64,000 nt of DNA, from positions 92,171-156,170 of the IMG/VR virus record IMGVR_UViG_3300028534_000015; one strand, given 5' to 3'. Source of the DNA: a virus. Positions 29,382 through 40,255 of the stretch are shown here, one piece after another; position 1 is the stretch's first letter, and each line of letters opens with the position of its first letter. Below the pieces are notes generated by a model. The model was not told the origin of the DNA. It saw nothing but the letters and a program-made list of their open reading frames with translations, and did not search any database. The position numbers were made by a program, and so were the translations under genes.

Positions 29382-31069
29382 TCTTTTGACAAATCGTCAT
29401 CGTCTACCTGAACTTGTTCTGCAAGTTCATCATCGATGATTCTTCCGGATAGCAGAAGCTGAAGTGCTTCTAACACATAAATGTCATCATCTGTTAAGAT
29501 AAGTTTTCCGGTTTGTCTGTCCCACTTTGTATAAGGATTAACATTCAGCATAGGAGTTGCTGCTTTCTTACGTAAATGAGGGACGGTTCCGATAACATAA
29601 TCTATTGCCTTAAGCGATCGTGTACTTCGGGGGAATGCTGATTTCGGCGCTTTTAAAACGCCATTCCCTCTCTCCTGTAGTTCAATTCTTCCCGTACACG
29701 TCGTAAACATCGAATCGGTAGTTGAGTCCAGCGGCAATAGTGTTAAGTTAACACCTTTGTTACTATTTATTCCAAATATGGTTTTTGTGTTTATCTTACC
29801 AGTTACTGTTTTCTTGATAAGGTCCACATTTGGTTTTCTGTTGTTTACATGAGCATTAATCTCATGAATAAGTCTATTGATATTATAGATGAAAATATAC
29901 ATGAAGTAATTTCCTGTCTCTAGGAATCTAGAGAAATCTTTAATAGACTTATGTTGTTTATAAGATACAATTAGATCTTCGTAATCTTCTGTGATTTCTT
30001 TTAGTAGGTCAAAGAAATCATGTATGTTCTCTCTTCCTACCATCTCTAATTTTCTCTTACTGTCACTATCCAGATAACCCTCCATTTGAACGAAGCGTTT
30101 CTGTGTTAGTATGGTTGACTTACCAACCGAATACCGATCGCGGTAAGAGAGTCTACCGATAAGCTTAAGCCACTCACCTCTCTCATCGTTTTCTGCTCCT
30201 TCTAAAATATATTCTGCTATAAACATTGCGTTTGATGGGAATATATCGAAGCTATACAGGATAGACGCGATCGTCTTTTCCACTATTGGACTATCCTGTT
30301 TTTTGTTTATGTAAAAGACTACGTTGTGAGGATTAAGTAAATCGCCTCCTTTTACCTCACGCGGTGGTTTCCCAGTTGAACTGTATAAATTGTAGTCTTT
30401 TGCATATTTAGTGTAATTTGATGTTCCGAACTCTACTTTAAAGTCTTCTACACCAAATCTCCTCATCGTTTCTTTAAATCCGTATTTTCCTACATAGAAA
30501 TTCATCACAGGAGACACTATGTTCCCGATTGTTTTTTCATCTTCAAGTTCTGTAGTGGAAGCCAGAGACTCGCTGTAGGTTATGTTGGTAAGAACTTTCT
30601 CACCATTTTTCATATGTTGTCTAGGAATAGACTTTAAGAAGAACTTTATTCCTAATACTTTCACAAATACAAAATCAGGACCAGGCGTAATTACTCCGTC
30701 TGATAAAACAGGTAAGACGCCGTATTTTGTTCCTGATAATGTAAAGACTCCTGCTTGTCTAACAAAAGGAGGAGCTGTGTACGTTGAAAACTCCTGACCA
30801 TCAAACTTAAAGAACAGTTCCGCATATCGAATGTCGGTTCTATCTATATCTACACCACCTTTGGCTCGGAGACGATATTCGTCAACATCGTCTGTCAGTT
30901 TGAATCCTAGGTATTCAAACCTATCTGCACAGCCTTTTGTGGAAGTTTTAAAGACACTGTCTATGATTTCGATAGTGTTTGACAATTCGTCTACAGCTCT
31001 ACCATTTATAGTTAATGGATCTGGTTTCAGCGTATCCGCCGCATAAATCTTTTTTAAGATAGCGTGCAT
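29366..31069 (-). CDS. Non-virion RNA polymerase beta-like subunit, phiKZ gp123-like
   Basis: 567 aa; FKFDG, PFVRQAG..TLSGT.Y.V.PVLSD, YLDS, NPY motifs as recalled for gp123 homologs. Confidence 0.72.
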   Translation of the reverse strand: MHAILKKIYAADTLKPDPLTINGRAVDELSNTIEIIDSVFKTSTKGCADRFEYLGFKLTDDVDEYRLRAKGGVDIDRTDIRYAELFFKFDGQEFSTYTAPPFVRQAGVFTLSGTKYGVLPVLSDGVITPGPDFVFVKVLGIKFFLKSIPRQHMKNGEKVLTNITYSESLASTTELEDEKTIGNIVSPVMNFYVGKYGFKETMRRFGVEDFKVEFGTSNYTKYAKDYNLYSSTGKPPREVKGGDLLNPHNVVFYINKKQDSPIVEKTIASILYSFDIFPSNAMFIAEYILEGAENDERGEWLKLIGRLSYRDRYSVGKSTILTQKRFVQMEGYLDSDSKRKLEMVGRENIHDFFDLLKEITEDYEDLIVSYKQHKSIKDFSRFLETGNYFMYIFIYNINRLIHEINAHVNNRKPNVDLIKKTVTGKINTKTIFGINSNKGVNLTLLPLDSTTDSMFTTCTGRIELQERGNGVLKAPKSAFPRSTRSLKAIDYVIGTVPHLRKKAATPMLNVNPYTKWDRQTGKLILTDDDIYVLEALQLLLSGRIIDDELAEQVQVDDDDLSKDSVEA

Positions 31070-31101
31070 TATATCTCCTTTTGCTTTTTCTAATTAAAAA
31101 G

Positions 31102-31455
31102 CTATTGATAAAAGTATTTTTCAATAGCTTCATTGATACCGAGTATAGCTAGGTTAGTTTCTACTGAAACATCCCTACCTAACGACTTGTCGTTAAAAGC
31201 ATTTGTAAGGATCGAGAGAGTAGAGCCAAGAATTATATGTTCTGACTTTGTCACTCTCTTTATTCTTTTTGTTGTCATATTGGAAAACTTTTTATGTTTC
31301 CCTGTAGCCAAGTAGTTAAAAAACTCTATCTTTCTTCTATAGAGATCTTTTTGGCTCTTTTTAAAGTTTCCAATAATAGAAATATCTTTAATTAATTTTC
31401 TGATATTTCCTTTACCTGTTACGTTTACACACATAGGCGCTTTTTTAAATTTCAT
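31102..31455 (-). CDS. Hypothetical protein (start corrected to 31455)
   Basis: AAGGAG RBS before MKFKKAP; the upstream Cys-rich extension in the track overlaps the next gene. Confidence 0.55.
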   Translation of the reverse strand: MKFKKAPMCVNVTGKGNIRKLIKDISIIGNFKKSQKDLYRRKIEFFNYLATGKHKKFSNMTTKRIKRVTKSEHIILGSTLSILTNAFNDKSLGRDVSVETNLAILGINEAIEKYFYQ

Positions 31456-31478
31456 GTTTACTCCTTTTTTTTTTCTTC

Positions 31479-32735
31479 TTAGAAGAAGAATTTCATAACA
31501 GCCATTGCTACAGTAACAACTCCTGCAACAACAGCACCTATTGTTTTCCACGCACTAGAGGTTGCGTCAGAATATGATTTAGCTGACGTAGCCTCGAATT
31601 TTTTCTCTTCCGTTTTGCGTTTTAATTCTTCAGATGCTATTTCATACTTTCGCATAAGAATTTCATGTAACTCCTTTGCTCTAGATAATTCAGCATCTTT
31701 TTCTTTTAGATCTTTTTCTAGTCGCATCTTTTCTAGCTCATGGTTTCTTTTTTCTTCTTCCATCTCTGCTTTAATTTCCGCAACTCTTAGATCCACCTCT
31801 TTCTTTAACATGTCCTGATCAATTCCTTTCAAAGCAGCTTCTGATTTCAGAAGATCTATTCTTTGTTGAATATCACAGTTATTTTCTGCATCTACATAGT
31901 TTTCAAAGATTCCTATTTCAGATGCTTGTTCTAGACTGTATTCAGTCACCTCATCTTGACCCTTAAATGTTTTTACAACAGTAATACCGTCGGCTTTTTT
32001 ATTATCTCGTTTAACCGGTATTGAGACAACACTGCCTAAGATATTTGTGTAGTAACATTTTGTAGGATTTTTACTATCTCTGATAGTGATAGCGACACCT
32101 GAATTTACCTTATCAAAATCATCAGAAGTTGGATAAGGTAATGTTGGATCATTAAGAATGATCATAGCTTGCTGGTTCTCTAGAACAAAGAAGTTTTCTC
32201 CTTGAACTTCAGAGAGTGATACAAAGCTGTATTCTCTGTAATAGTCAACAGACCGCAAGAATTTCTTGAAGTCTATGAGTCTATCAGAGAATGAAGACTG
32301 GTGATCAGACAAGAATGATCTTGCCCCAGCACCGCCATCGACATCAGTAAACCTGGATGTCACAACTTTTATCTCTTCAGTATCAAAGAGTTTTCTTTTT
32401 TCTAGAGAATTTCCGAACTCTTCTATGACTGCATCTTCTTTTACCTCCTTTAGTGATTGGTATGAAGTACATATGAAAAATCCTCTTTCGTGATTAGCAG
32501 GTATATACCGTATAGGTATTGTAATACCGTTTTTAAATTTCACATAGGATTTAAGCTCTGGGTCGATGTTTTGAAAGTAGACTGTGCTTTTATCTTTTAA
32601 ACTTCTTTCATCTGGTTGAACAGATGATGTTCCGTCTACTTCTTGTTTTTCAATAATAATTTTATAGTGTTTTTCTTTAACATTACCTTTACTATCATAA
32701 ACAATTTTATGAGGTACGTTTTCTATCACTACCAT
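31479..32735 (-). CDS. Hypothetical protein with coiled coil and C-terminal membrane anchor
   Basis: AAGGA RBS before ATG 32735; E/K coiled coil then AVVAGVVTVAMAVMKFFF. Confidence 0.6.
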   Translation of the reverse strand: MVVIENVPHKIVYDSKGNVKEKHYKIIIEKQEVDGTSSVQPDERSLKDKSTVYFQNIDPELKSYVKFKNGITIPIRYIPANHERGFFICTSYQSLKEVKEDAVIEEFGNSLEKRKLFDTEEIKVVTSRFTDVDGGAGARSFLSDHQSSFSDRLIDFKKFLRSVDYYREYSFVSLSEVQGENFFVLENQQAMIILNDPTLPYPTSDDFDKVNSGVAITIRDSKNPTKCYYTNILGSVVSIPVKRDNKKADGITVVKTFKGQDEVTEYSLEQASEIGIFENYVDAENNCDIQQRIDLLKSEAALKGIDQDMLKKEVDLRVAEIKAEMEEEKRNHELEKMRLEKDLKEKDAELSRAKELHEILMRKYEIASEELKRKTEEKKFEATSAKSYSDATSSAWKTIGAVVAGVVTVAMAVMKFFF

Positions 32736-32790
32736 TTTTATTTTCCTTATATAGTATTCGTTTTTATAATATATAAACAAATTAACACCG

Positions 32791-32822
32791 ATATCACTGA
32801 GACTTAAATGTCTCAGTGATAT
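32791..32822 (-). terminator. Hairpin
   Basis: ATATCACTGAGAC-TTAAAT-GTCTCAGTGATAT overlapping the stop at 32813. Confidence 0.6.
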
Positions 32823-33193
32823 GGTAAAGTATCTTCTTTAATTCTTATTAAGAAAGTATTAAATTCATCTATATAAGAATTATAGATATTAATATATTTT
32901 TTGTCTTTTAAAAAGTCTTTAGAATTCACCTTTATTAATCTTCTTACTTCTATAATAACGTCTTCTATGTCTTCTGGAATATTTTTATCTCCACTTAGAA
33001 ATACGTTTGTTTTAATCTCCGTTTTTTTATCTGGACAATAAAGGTGTTTCATATCGGTTCCTGAACTTAAAAAAGTCTCTATTAATTTTAGAATCCGTAA
33101 TAAACTATAAATACTATCGAAACTAGATGTGTAGTATTCTTCCTCTATGAACATTTTAAAATACTCTTTTTTCTTTCTAAATATACTAAACAC
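32813..33193 (-). CDS. Hypothetical protein
   Basis: 126 aa, GTG start with AAGGAG RBS. Confidence 0.55.
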   Translation of the reverse strand: MFSIFRKKKEYFKMFIEEEYYTSSFDSIYSLLRILKLIETFLSSGTDMKHLYCPDKKTEIKTNVFLSGDKNIPEDIEDVIIEVRRLIKVNSKDFLKDKKYINIYNSYIDEFNTFLIRIKEDTLPYH

Positions 33194-33260
33194 GTGTTCT
33201 CCTTTTTATCATTAAAAATATAAGTTGTATATTTTTTGATAAAATACACAAGGACTTATT

Positions 33261-33716
33261 ATGCCTGATAAAAAAGAAGAAGAACAAAAAAGTTATAACA
33301 TCTTTACACCTGAACAAACAGCTAACTTGGCTAAACTTTATAATCTACAAGAAAAAATAGTAGATACTATGTTTGAAGGCGGACGTGTTCCTACTTCTCC
33401 AAGAGAAGTAGAAGTAGCAAACACCACGATTAACTCATTAAGAGATTCTATTTTCCAACAAACAAAACTTGAACTTAAAAAAGAAGATAATGAAAATCAA
33501 GCTGATTTGGCTGCGATGGCAGCAGAACTACTTGATAAAGTAGATGAGATTAAATCCGAAAATGGAGTTTATATTCCTAAAGCCACATCACAAGATTTAT
33601 CTGAATTTGAAAATAATATAGATAGCATTGATATTGAAGTTGTTCCTGGAGAACTAGAAATAAGACCGGAACCACTTAATCCGTCTGATTTTGTAGGAGA
33701 TAAAGAAGATGTATAA
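33261..33716 (+). CDS. Hypothetical acidic protein
   Basis: 151 aa, AAGGA RBS; first gene of a three-gene operon. Confidence 0.6.
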   Translation: MPDKKEEEQKSYNIFTPEQTANLAKLYNLQEKIVDTMFEGGRVPTSPREVEVANTTINSLRDSIFQQTKLELKKEDNENQADLAAMAAELLDKVDEIKSENGVYIPKATSQDLSEFENNIDSIDIEVVPGELEIRPEPLNPSDFVGDKEDV

Positions 33717-34524
33717 TACAACAAAAACAATTTATTCTATTATTCAGGACACATATAGAACATACGGAAGAATTTATAAACCTCTTCCTAATACAACACT
33801 AAATGAAAAATTCGGTATAACTACAGATATTATTTTTGAGAAAAATCCTGTATTGAGTTATTACGCTATTGGTCTAGACTATGAGGATATGCTTGAAGAT
33901 AGTGATGCGAATATAGATAATGTTAGACATGAAATTTATGACGGTTCACTATTCAGACATGCGCCTTTAATAGCTAGAAAAAAGTCCATAGGTTTTACGT
34001 TAAATGAACTTGATAAGTATCGTATGTTTGTTGAAAAAGATATCAACGGTGAAACATATATTTTTGCTTTTGTTAAAGTCATCGATACTATCTATGATAG
34101 TGATAAAATTCTTCTTGCTACTTCTACAGATAATAACGAACCAGAATTAAGTGTATTTAGTACTGAAAACACAAATACACTTAATCCTACTCCTAAGACA
34201 CGTGATGATGTGCTAGACAGCACTATTGATTACTTAACGTTTAAGATGTACGCTACAGTCATTCTTGACGCAGATGAGTTAGACGAGCTAAGAAATGCAT
34301 CTAAACTCCTTTATGGAGATGATGTAAATGTTTCGTTAGGTGAGGTAGGTTTTATTTCCGGAATAGATCTAACTAACGGATCTAATAAAGAATTATATAA
34401 TGCTACTATTGAATACTTTGTTAAAGTTCAACATCTTCTTGACGATAATGAAATAACGGATGTGTTCAAGAAGAGTGTTGAAATTGGTGGTATGACACCT
34501 AAACCTTTTAGGATCTACTGGTGA
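33709..34524 (+). CDS. Conserved phiKZ-like virion structural protein
   Basis: 271 aa; LPNTTLNEKFGI...YYAIG, LNPTP, LGEVGFISGID motifs. Confidence 0.6.
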   Translation: MYNTTKTIYSIIQDTYRTYGRIYKPLPNTTLNEKFGITTDIIFEKNPVLSYYAIGLDYEDMLEDSDANIDNVRHEIYDGSLFRHAPLIARKKSIGFTLNELDKYRMFVEKDINGETYIFAFVKVIDTIYDSDKILLATSTDNNEPELSVFSTENTNTLNPTPKTRDDVLDSTIDYLTFKMYATVILDADELDELRNASKLLYGDDVNVSLGEVGFISGIDLTNGSNKELYNATIEYFVKVQHLLDDNEITDVFKKSVEIGGMTPKPFRIYW

Positions 34525-35069
34525 GAATTATTGCATTTGATCCCAGCACGAATGACGTAGGCGTAGCATTCTTTACAATAAATGATGATGATCTTAGTAT
34601 AGAACATATTGATACATATACTATAGTTTTACAACGAATCACAAACATGGGACTAAAGACAAACGACCTTATGACAGCTAGGTTAAATCTTCTTCGTAGA
34701 GTAACTGAATCTATTGTTAGAAGATTTAAGCCGGATATATGTGTTTATGAAAATCCATTTATAGACAAGTTTAAGTTAGGCAGCGCAATACCATTAGGTA
34801 AAAGTATAGGTGTTATAGAAACTGTACTGCAAGACTATAACAATAATATGCACATTATTAAATTCTCTCCTAGGAGTGTTAAAAAATATATAGATGCAAA
34901 AAAGATAGATGATAAACTAGCGATAAAAGAAGCTATTAATAGAAATTTAGAACTTACCGATATTGTTCCTGATTTAAATGGAATATCAGAACACGAAGCA
35001 GACGCTATAGCGATAGCATATTCTTTTTATTTAGAGTTTAAAGCAAATCCTTTGTCAATTCTTACATAA
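34521..35069 (+). CDS. ruvC: RuvC-like Holliday junction resolvase
   Basis: IIAFDPS...YENP...SPRSVKK...EHEADAIAIA catalytic pattern. Confidence 0.88.
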   Translation: MRIIAFDPSTNDVGVAFFTINDDDLSIEHIDTYTIVLQRITNMGLKTNDLMTARLNLLRRVTESIVRRFKPDICVYENPFIDKFKLGSAIPLGKSIGVIETVLQDYNNNMHIIKFSPRSVKKYIDAKKIDDKLAIKEAINRNLELTDIVPDLNGISEHEADAIAIAYSFYLEFKANPLSILT

Positions 35070-35094
35070 CTACTCGCAGATGCGAGTAGTTATG
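35065..35094. terminator. Hairpin at a convergent gene junction
   Basis: CATAACTACTCGCA-GA-TGCGAGTAGTTATG. Confidence 0.7.
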
Positions 35095-35096
35095 GT

Positions 35097-37460
35097 TTAA
35101 AAACCTAAATCGTCTCCGCCGTCATCACTTTCTGGTTCGTTTTCTTGTCCTTCGTCTTCATTGTTATCGTTTTCAGACTGACTATCGGAATTTTCCTCTT
35201 CTTCAACTTCTTCCTCAAATTTTTCAAAAATCCTATTAGACTTTGTTGAAATTCCTTTAAGTTCTTTTAATGGTTTCTTAAGCGCCTCTGTAAGTTGTTT
35301 GAGATATATATTGTTATCTATTAATGGATTAAATGTACTTTCTCCAGTAATTGCTGTAGAAACAATATTGCTTAGTTCAGGCATATAACCTATACTTGCT
35401 ATGTAATCTCTCATGATGGACGCCTTGATTATTTTCTTCAATGCTTCTGCATTAACACCAAGTTCACCAACCATCTCTTCTGTCATAAACTCATCAGATA
35501 TATAGAAATCTAAAACATAATCTAACTCGTCAGCCTTATCTTTAACATCATTTTTAGCTCTGTCGTCTTCTAATGTTTTAATTTCTGGTAGATAAATTCT
35601 GTATGAATTAATAAACTTCTTCTTAACCGTTTCAATGATTAATTTATCAGGATAGTTTTTCTTCTCTATTTTTCTAAATAGAGATTTTATCTTTGGTATT
35701 CTTGTTTTTATTAATTCTTCAAGTTTAAAAAGATAGAGACCGTCAACGCTAAGAAGTTTTCTAACATTTTCTGTTAGCATTTTGTTAGTTGCTTCTTGAC
35801 GTTCTTTAGCTCTAAGTGTTGCCATAGCATTTTTAAAAATCATTTCTGTTGCAAATTGGATATCTTTACTACCGTTAATGAGTTCAGGAACAGCACCAAA
35901 TGACATCACAATTCTGTCTCTTAATTCTTCGTCTAATGAATCATCTGGAAGTTTAATATCGCGCGTTGTCTCGTCGAATTCGTATGATATGTCTGGTAGT
36001 TTTTTATTCTCTGTTTTAAAATAGAATCCCATGCTATGTAACCAATCAGACAGATCGTTCACTGTTCTAATACCAATAGGTAATTCCATAGGTCTGTTTC
36101 TAAGAAATTCCTCTATCATAGTATCTCTTGTCGTTTCAGGATCAGGGTCTTGATCGTCTATTTTAAGCGTTACTTTTACGGTAGGTATACTGTTCTTTAC
36201 TTGGGCGTTTAATCTAGAGAACAAAATAATAGATCTAATACTTGTTAAAACCGAAACTCTCTCTAATAAAGACTCACCTGTTCCATTTTTTCTATAGTTA
36301 TATACAAGACTCTCTAAATGTTCATTTGGAACATAGATAACAGTTGTCTTCTGGTTTTTTAGAATTCTGTTAAACATAATTAGTCTAACATGTTCAAGTC
36401 GTGAAGTATCTTTTAATACTACATTTTCTTCACGCATGATTGAAAGTAGTGTTTCATCTAGTTTATTATCAACAAGACTTTTTAAAGTTTCTGATGATAT
36501 CTTAGGTTCTTTTATCATGGTTCTTGATAATTCTTTTTTGACTCTTTCCATAATGGAGTTATCGTTAGCAAGCTTTGATACAAGACCTGCTTCATCAAGA
36601 ATATCATCATAACCCGTTTTGTCTGTGATAAAATTACCATTTGTATCTAATAAGACAAACCCGCCTATCCATGTTTCATTGTCATTAGGTAACGTAACAG
36701 GTACAAAACTATCTGCTGGTATCTTTATTCTTAGAGGAGTGTCTGTTGGTATATTCTCTGTGTGAATTGTATCTAATGACAGAAAATCGATTGCTTTGAC
36801 GTTCTCTAATCTTTTCAGAACTCTTTCTACGTCATTAAAATCATTTAAATTTGTTGAACCTGATTCTTCTAATCCAGGAACTACTTTATCTGTTTTTGTC
36901 AAAAGAGGACTAATATTATTTGTAATATTTGTTCCTAAAAATGTTTCATTTTTAGGTTTACGTTTAGACTTCTCTGTTTCTAAATCAAATCCATCAAACG
37001 TAACCTCTTCAAGACCAGGTCTTGTATTAAATTCTGTCAAAAATTCTTGTATGTTTGACGGAACAATCATTCTTACATACATGCCCTTAAAGAACAAAGC
37101 TTCTTTCACTTCTTTAAAGAGGTTGTCCTTTATTTTATAATGCTCTTCGATATGATCTTTCGTTAGCCTTATAAGCTCTTGTTTTAAATCCGCATTAAAC
37201 GCTTTAAAATCAGACGCATGATTAAGTGTTCTTGAAACAGCGTCCTCTGGAGAAATAATTGATGTTGTAACAGCATCCATTACAAAATCGATATCTGGGA
37301 ACAACATAAACAAATCATCTTGTTGTCCTGTTTTATCCTTTGTGAATCGAGTTATTTTCTCTAACTCACTTCTTGATACAGTTATGGTACTTTTAGTATC
37401 ATCTTGTTTTTTCATTGATGAAACTAATAGATCAGGGTTTATGGGTAATCTTTTATTCAT
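35097..37460 (-). CDS. Portal protein, phiKZ gp129-like
   Basis: 787 aa; LFPDI...SIISP, FVLLDTNG, YRKNGTGESLL, DDQDPDP, FAT motifs; acidic tail; divergent from a gp128-like gene. Confidence 0.75.
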   Translation of the reverse strand: MNKRLPINPDLLVSSMKKQDDTKSTITVSRSELEKITRFTKDKTGQQDDLFMLFPDIDFVMDAVTTSIISPEDAVSRTLNHASDFKAFNADLKQELIRLTKDHIEEHYKIKDNLFKEVKEALFFKGMYVRMIVPSNIQEFLTEFNTRPGLEEVTFDGFDLETEKSKRKPKNETFLGTNITNNISPLLTKTDKVVPGLEESGSTNLNDFNDVERVLKRLENVKAIDFLSLDTIHTENIPTDTPLRIKIPADSFVPVTLPNDNETWIGGFVLLDTNGNFITDKTGYDDILDEAGLVSKLANDNSIMERVKKELSRTMIKEPKISSETLKSLVDNKLDETLLSIMREENVVLKDTSRLEHVRLIMFNRILKNQKTTVIYVPNEHLESLVYNYRKNGTGESLLERVSVLTSIRSIILFSRLNAQVKNSIPTVKVTLKIDDQDPDPETTRDTMIEEFLRNRPMELPIGIRTVNDLSDWLHSMGFYFKTENKKLPDISYEFDETTRDIKLPDDSLDEELRDRIVMSFGAVPELINGSKDIQFATEMIFKNAMATLRAKERQEATNKMLTENVRKLLSVDGLYLFKLEELIKTRIPKIKSLFRKIEKKNYPDKLIIETVKKKFINSYRIYLPEIKTLEDDRAKNDVKDKADELDYVLDFYISDEFMTEEMVGELGVNAEALKKIIKASIMRDYIASIGYMPELSNIVSTAITGESTFNPLIDNNIYLKQLTEALKKPLKELKGISTKSNRIFEKFEEEVEEEENSDSQSENDNNEDEGQENEPESDDGGDDLGF

Positions 37461-37492
37461 TACGGTCCTTTATCTGCCAAAAAGGAGTTTTA

Positions 37493-39571
37493 ATGGCAAC
37501 ATCGTCAAATTATAACATTAATCAAGTTTTACAACTCACAAAGAGTTTAGTGATTTCACATCACCCGACAGCAATGTCCAATAACCTAGAAATGGTTAAA
37601 CGTTTTGGATCATTTTACAAATACAATAATGACGATTTCAGAACATGGAAATATTATATCAATATGACAGGTGAATATCATGATCTTGATGACTATATGT
37701 ATCCAGACGGAATACAGGTTAAAGTACTTGAAACAAACACTTACCAAAAACTCACAAAAGATTTATTGGATACGTACCCTGTAACCAAACAAGCTATGCA
37801 GACACAAGATTTAATCTATAAGGAAGCTGTGTCTAAATATCCGTTCTCTGAAAACCTTATTCATGGTATTACTTACCCTACTACAATGGACGATATTTAT
37901 CAGAACGAAGATGGAGCAATTTTAAATTATTATAAAGATGCTGTAGAAGAAAATGAATATAATTTAATTCCTGAATTGGAATTATTTTTAAAAAATTATA
38001 TATCACGTTGGTCTATAGCAGAGTATCAGTTAACTGATGATCTTTATAGTGGCGGACTGATTACTGTTTTAACGCCTATTATTATTGGAAAAATTATAAA
38101 CATTAGACTTAGTAATATAGGTACAGATAGAGTTAACTCCTTCTATATGAATGCATTTTTTGATAGTAATTTACAATTAAGTTCTGATGCCAATATGTTA
38201 CCAGATGATGTTAAAATGTGGTTATACAAAAATCTTAAGTTTCTTATAAAACATACAGGAAAAGAAGAAAATATACTTATCATTATTGAAGAGGTGATGA
38301 AAAAGGTTGGTGTTGATCTTAGAGAGTTCGTTATTAAAAAAAATGCACTATTAGAAAGTTCTGATAATTTAAAACTCATTAGGTATGGAGATTTAAATGA
38401 TGTACCAAATATTGTATCATTAAACGACGTGCTTAATATAGAGTTTTACGAAAGACCTATCACTGAAGACGAAATGAACACCATAAAAACTCCTAAGTAT
38501 CTTGTAGAAAGAACCAAGCTCTTATCTCTAGATTACATTAAGACAGGAAAAATATTCCCACTTAATAGAGCTATTCTAATATTTGAAAGTTGGTTATATA
38601 AAATTTTTAATTCAGATAGTAAATCAGATACTGTCTTTAAAAGTTTTAGAGATAGTAACACAGGTATTACGTATAACCTGTCTGAAAAAGTTGCTGGGTA
38701 TTTAGTTATAAAATGGTTATTTGAGTTATATGGTTATTCTGATAGAGAAGTAAGTATATTCACACTTCAGTCTATTCCTAGAGACACATTCGAAACAGAT
38801 AATTTAATTAGTGAAACATCTGTTGTATATGATATGCGAACGATGCTAAATAACGCGTATGAAAAACTAGACTACAACAATGATATCGTAACAACACTAA
38901 ATAGCATGATAGACTTTTATGATAGAACATGGACATATTTGAATGATTATGACAATCCTATTCTTAGAAGTGACGGGAATTTGATTTTAGAAAGAATATT
39001 TGCTCCTGTTGAAGTAAGAATTTCTGATAGTCCTATGGTAATAGATGATATATTTTCAGACCCTATTAAATATACAACAAATTACGATTACAGAAAATCA
39101 ATTGATGATTTGATATTTGTTTTTACTGGATTTAATATAGATAGATTAGGTAAAATTAATAACATGCTTGAAGCCTTTACTAATATTCTATTAAAACTTA
39201 CATCATATACTACACAAGTTTCATATAGTTCTAATTACCCTACACTTTATATAACAAACGAATTCAATGGTGATATTAAAGGACCTAATTTGATTAAAGT
39301 CAAAAGCGCTGTGTCTGTTGCTGTAGAACCACTTGTTTATTATAGCAGATTAGATGCGCGATACAATCCGGATCTTGCTTATGAGTTAGATCCAGGAATT
39401 GGACTTGTGACTAATATATCTGAACCATTACCTAATATAGAATTAGCAGCTATCGCTAGAGACGGAATGGAATTACCATTTGACCATAACATTACTATTA
39501 AGTACTTAGAAGATTATGATGATTCTATCTCAAACACACATTTTGCATATAATTTACCAGCTACACTATAA
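37493..39571 (+). CDS. Baseplate/virion protein, phiKZ gp128-like (start corrected to 37493)
   Basis: TWKYYINMTGEYH, WLYKNL..L.KHTGK, KLTSYT motifs; AAGGAG RBS. Confidence 0.7.
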   Translation: MATSSNYNINQVLQLTKSLVISHHPTAMSNNLEMVKRFGSFYKYNNDDFRTWKYYINMTGEYHDLDDYMYPDGIQVKVLETNTYQKLTKDLLDTYPVTKQAMQTQDLIYKEAVSKYPFSENLIHGITYPTTMDDIYQNEDGAILNYYKDAVEENEYNLIPELELFLKNYISRWSIAEYQLTDDLYSGGLITVLTPIIIGKIINIRLSNIGTDRVNSFYMNAFFDSNLQLSSDANMLPDDVKMWLYKNLKFLIKHTGKEENILIIIEEVMKKVGVDLREFVIKKNALLESSDNLKLIRYGDLNDVPNIVSLNDVLNIEFYERPITEDEMNTIKTPKYLVERTKLLSLDYIKTGKIFPLNRAILIFESWLYKIFNSDSKSDTVFKSFRDSNTGITYNLSEKVAGYLVIKWLFELYGYSDREVSIFTLQSIPRDTFETDNLISETSVVYDMRTMLNNAYEKLDYNNDIVTTLNSMIDFYDRTWTYLNDYDNPILRSDGNLILERIFAPVEVRISDSPMVIDDIFSDPIKYTTNYDYRKSIDDLIFVFTGFNIDRLGKINNMLEAFTNILLKLTSYTTQVSYSSNYPTLYITNEFNGDIKGPNLIKVKSAVSVAVEPLVYYSRLDARYNPDLAYELDPGIGLVTNISEPLPNIELAAIARDGMELPFDHNITIKYLEDYDDSISNTHFAYNLPATL

Positions 39572-39591
39572 GGACGTGTGTCCTTATAGTG
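39564..39591. terminator. Hairpin at a convergent gene junction
   Basis: CACTATAAGGAC-GTGT-GTCCTTATAGTG containing both stops. Confidence 0.7.
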
Positions 39592-40249
39592 CTAGTTTTA
39601 AATGTATTGCTTTAAAATAGTTTTGTACCGATTTGGTTGACTGTGAACCTTCCGCATATTGCTCTATGTCTTCTAGAGTCACGTTTCCGTACTTCTCTAT
39701 GAAAGCTTGTAATGCTTGTTCAGCAGCTTCGTCTCCTGATCTAGACATCATCAGTTCTTTTAAGGCTGATTCATATCCTTTAGCGTTAAAGATACCTAGT
39801 TCTTTCTGTGTAATCTTAGCTGCTCTAGAATCATTTGTTACCTGTCCAGTAATCGCATCTCTAGAACGATTATGTTTCGGTATTGAGATTCCTTTTACAG
39901 CATGTTGTGAAAGTCTTTTTACTGGAACATACAACGTTAACGTTTTTACTTTTGATAAAGAAAACTTATTTGTTCCAGGAATTTTTTCAACAATAGGTTG
40001 GTAAGGATCATATCCTAAATCTCTAATGATATTTAGTAATTTTTCTTTATCGATAGGTTTTCCATCATTTTTATTCGGAGAAATTATTCTGATCGTTTTT
40101 CTTCCTTTCTCTAGATCTGTCATAAAATCACTGAACTCTTTATCACTCATTGACTTAAATAAGTTCTTATGTCTTTCAACATCTTTTTGAGAACCTATTT
40201 TAGCAATGTGTTTAAGACAGAATGCTTCTACTTCTTTTCTCTTTTTCAT
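39584..40249 (-). CDS. Virion RNA polymerase beta-like C-terminal subunit, phiKZ gp149-like
   Basis: 221 aa; PVKRLSQH..K, DAITGQV..SRAAKITQKE, ELMMSRSGD correspond to beta C-terminal conserved regions. Confidence 0.8.
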   Translation of the reverse strand: MKKRKEVEAFCLKHIAKIGSQKDVERHKNLFKSMSDKEFSDFMTDLEKGRKTIRIISPNKNDGKPIDKEKLLNIIRDLGYDPYQPIVEKIPGTNKFSLSKVKTLTLYVPVKRLSQHAVKGISIPKHNRSRDAITGQVTNDSRAAKITQKELGIFNAKGYESALKELMMSRSGDEAAEQALQAFIEKYGNVTLEDIEQYAEGSQSTKSVQNYFKAIHLKLAL

Positions 40250-40255
40250 AATTTA

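Noticed and set aside
31456-31551. Cys-rich N-terminus MENNRCCCCRSCYCSNGCY suggesting a metallothionein or RiPP
   Set aside because: It is an alternate-frame read of the upstream gene's GCT/GTT-rich TM codons; the real start with RBS is at 31455.
17660-40249. Split RNA polymerase genes as pseudogenes or novelty
   Set aside because: Split beta/beta' subunits are the established norm in phiKZ-like phages.
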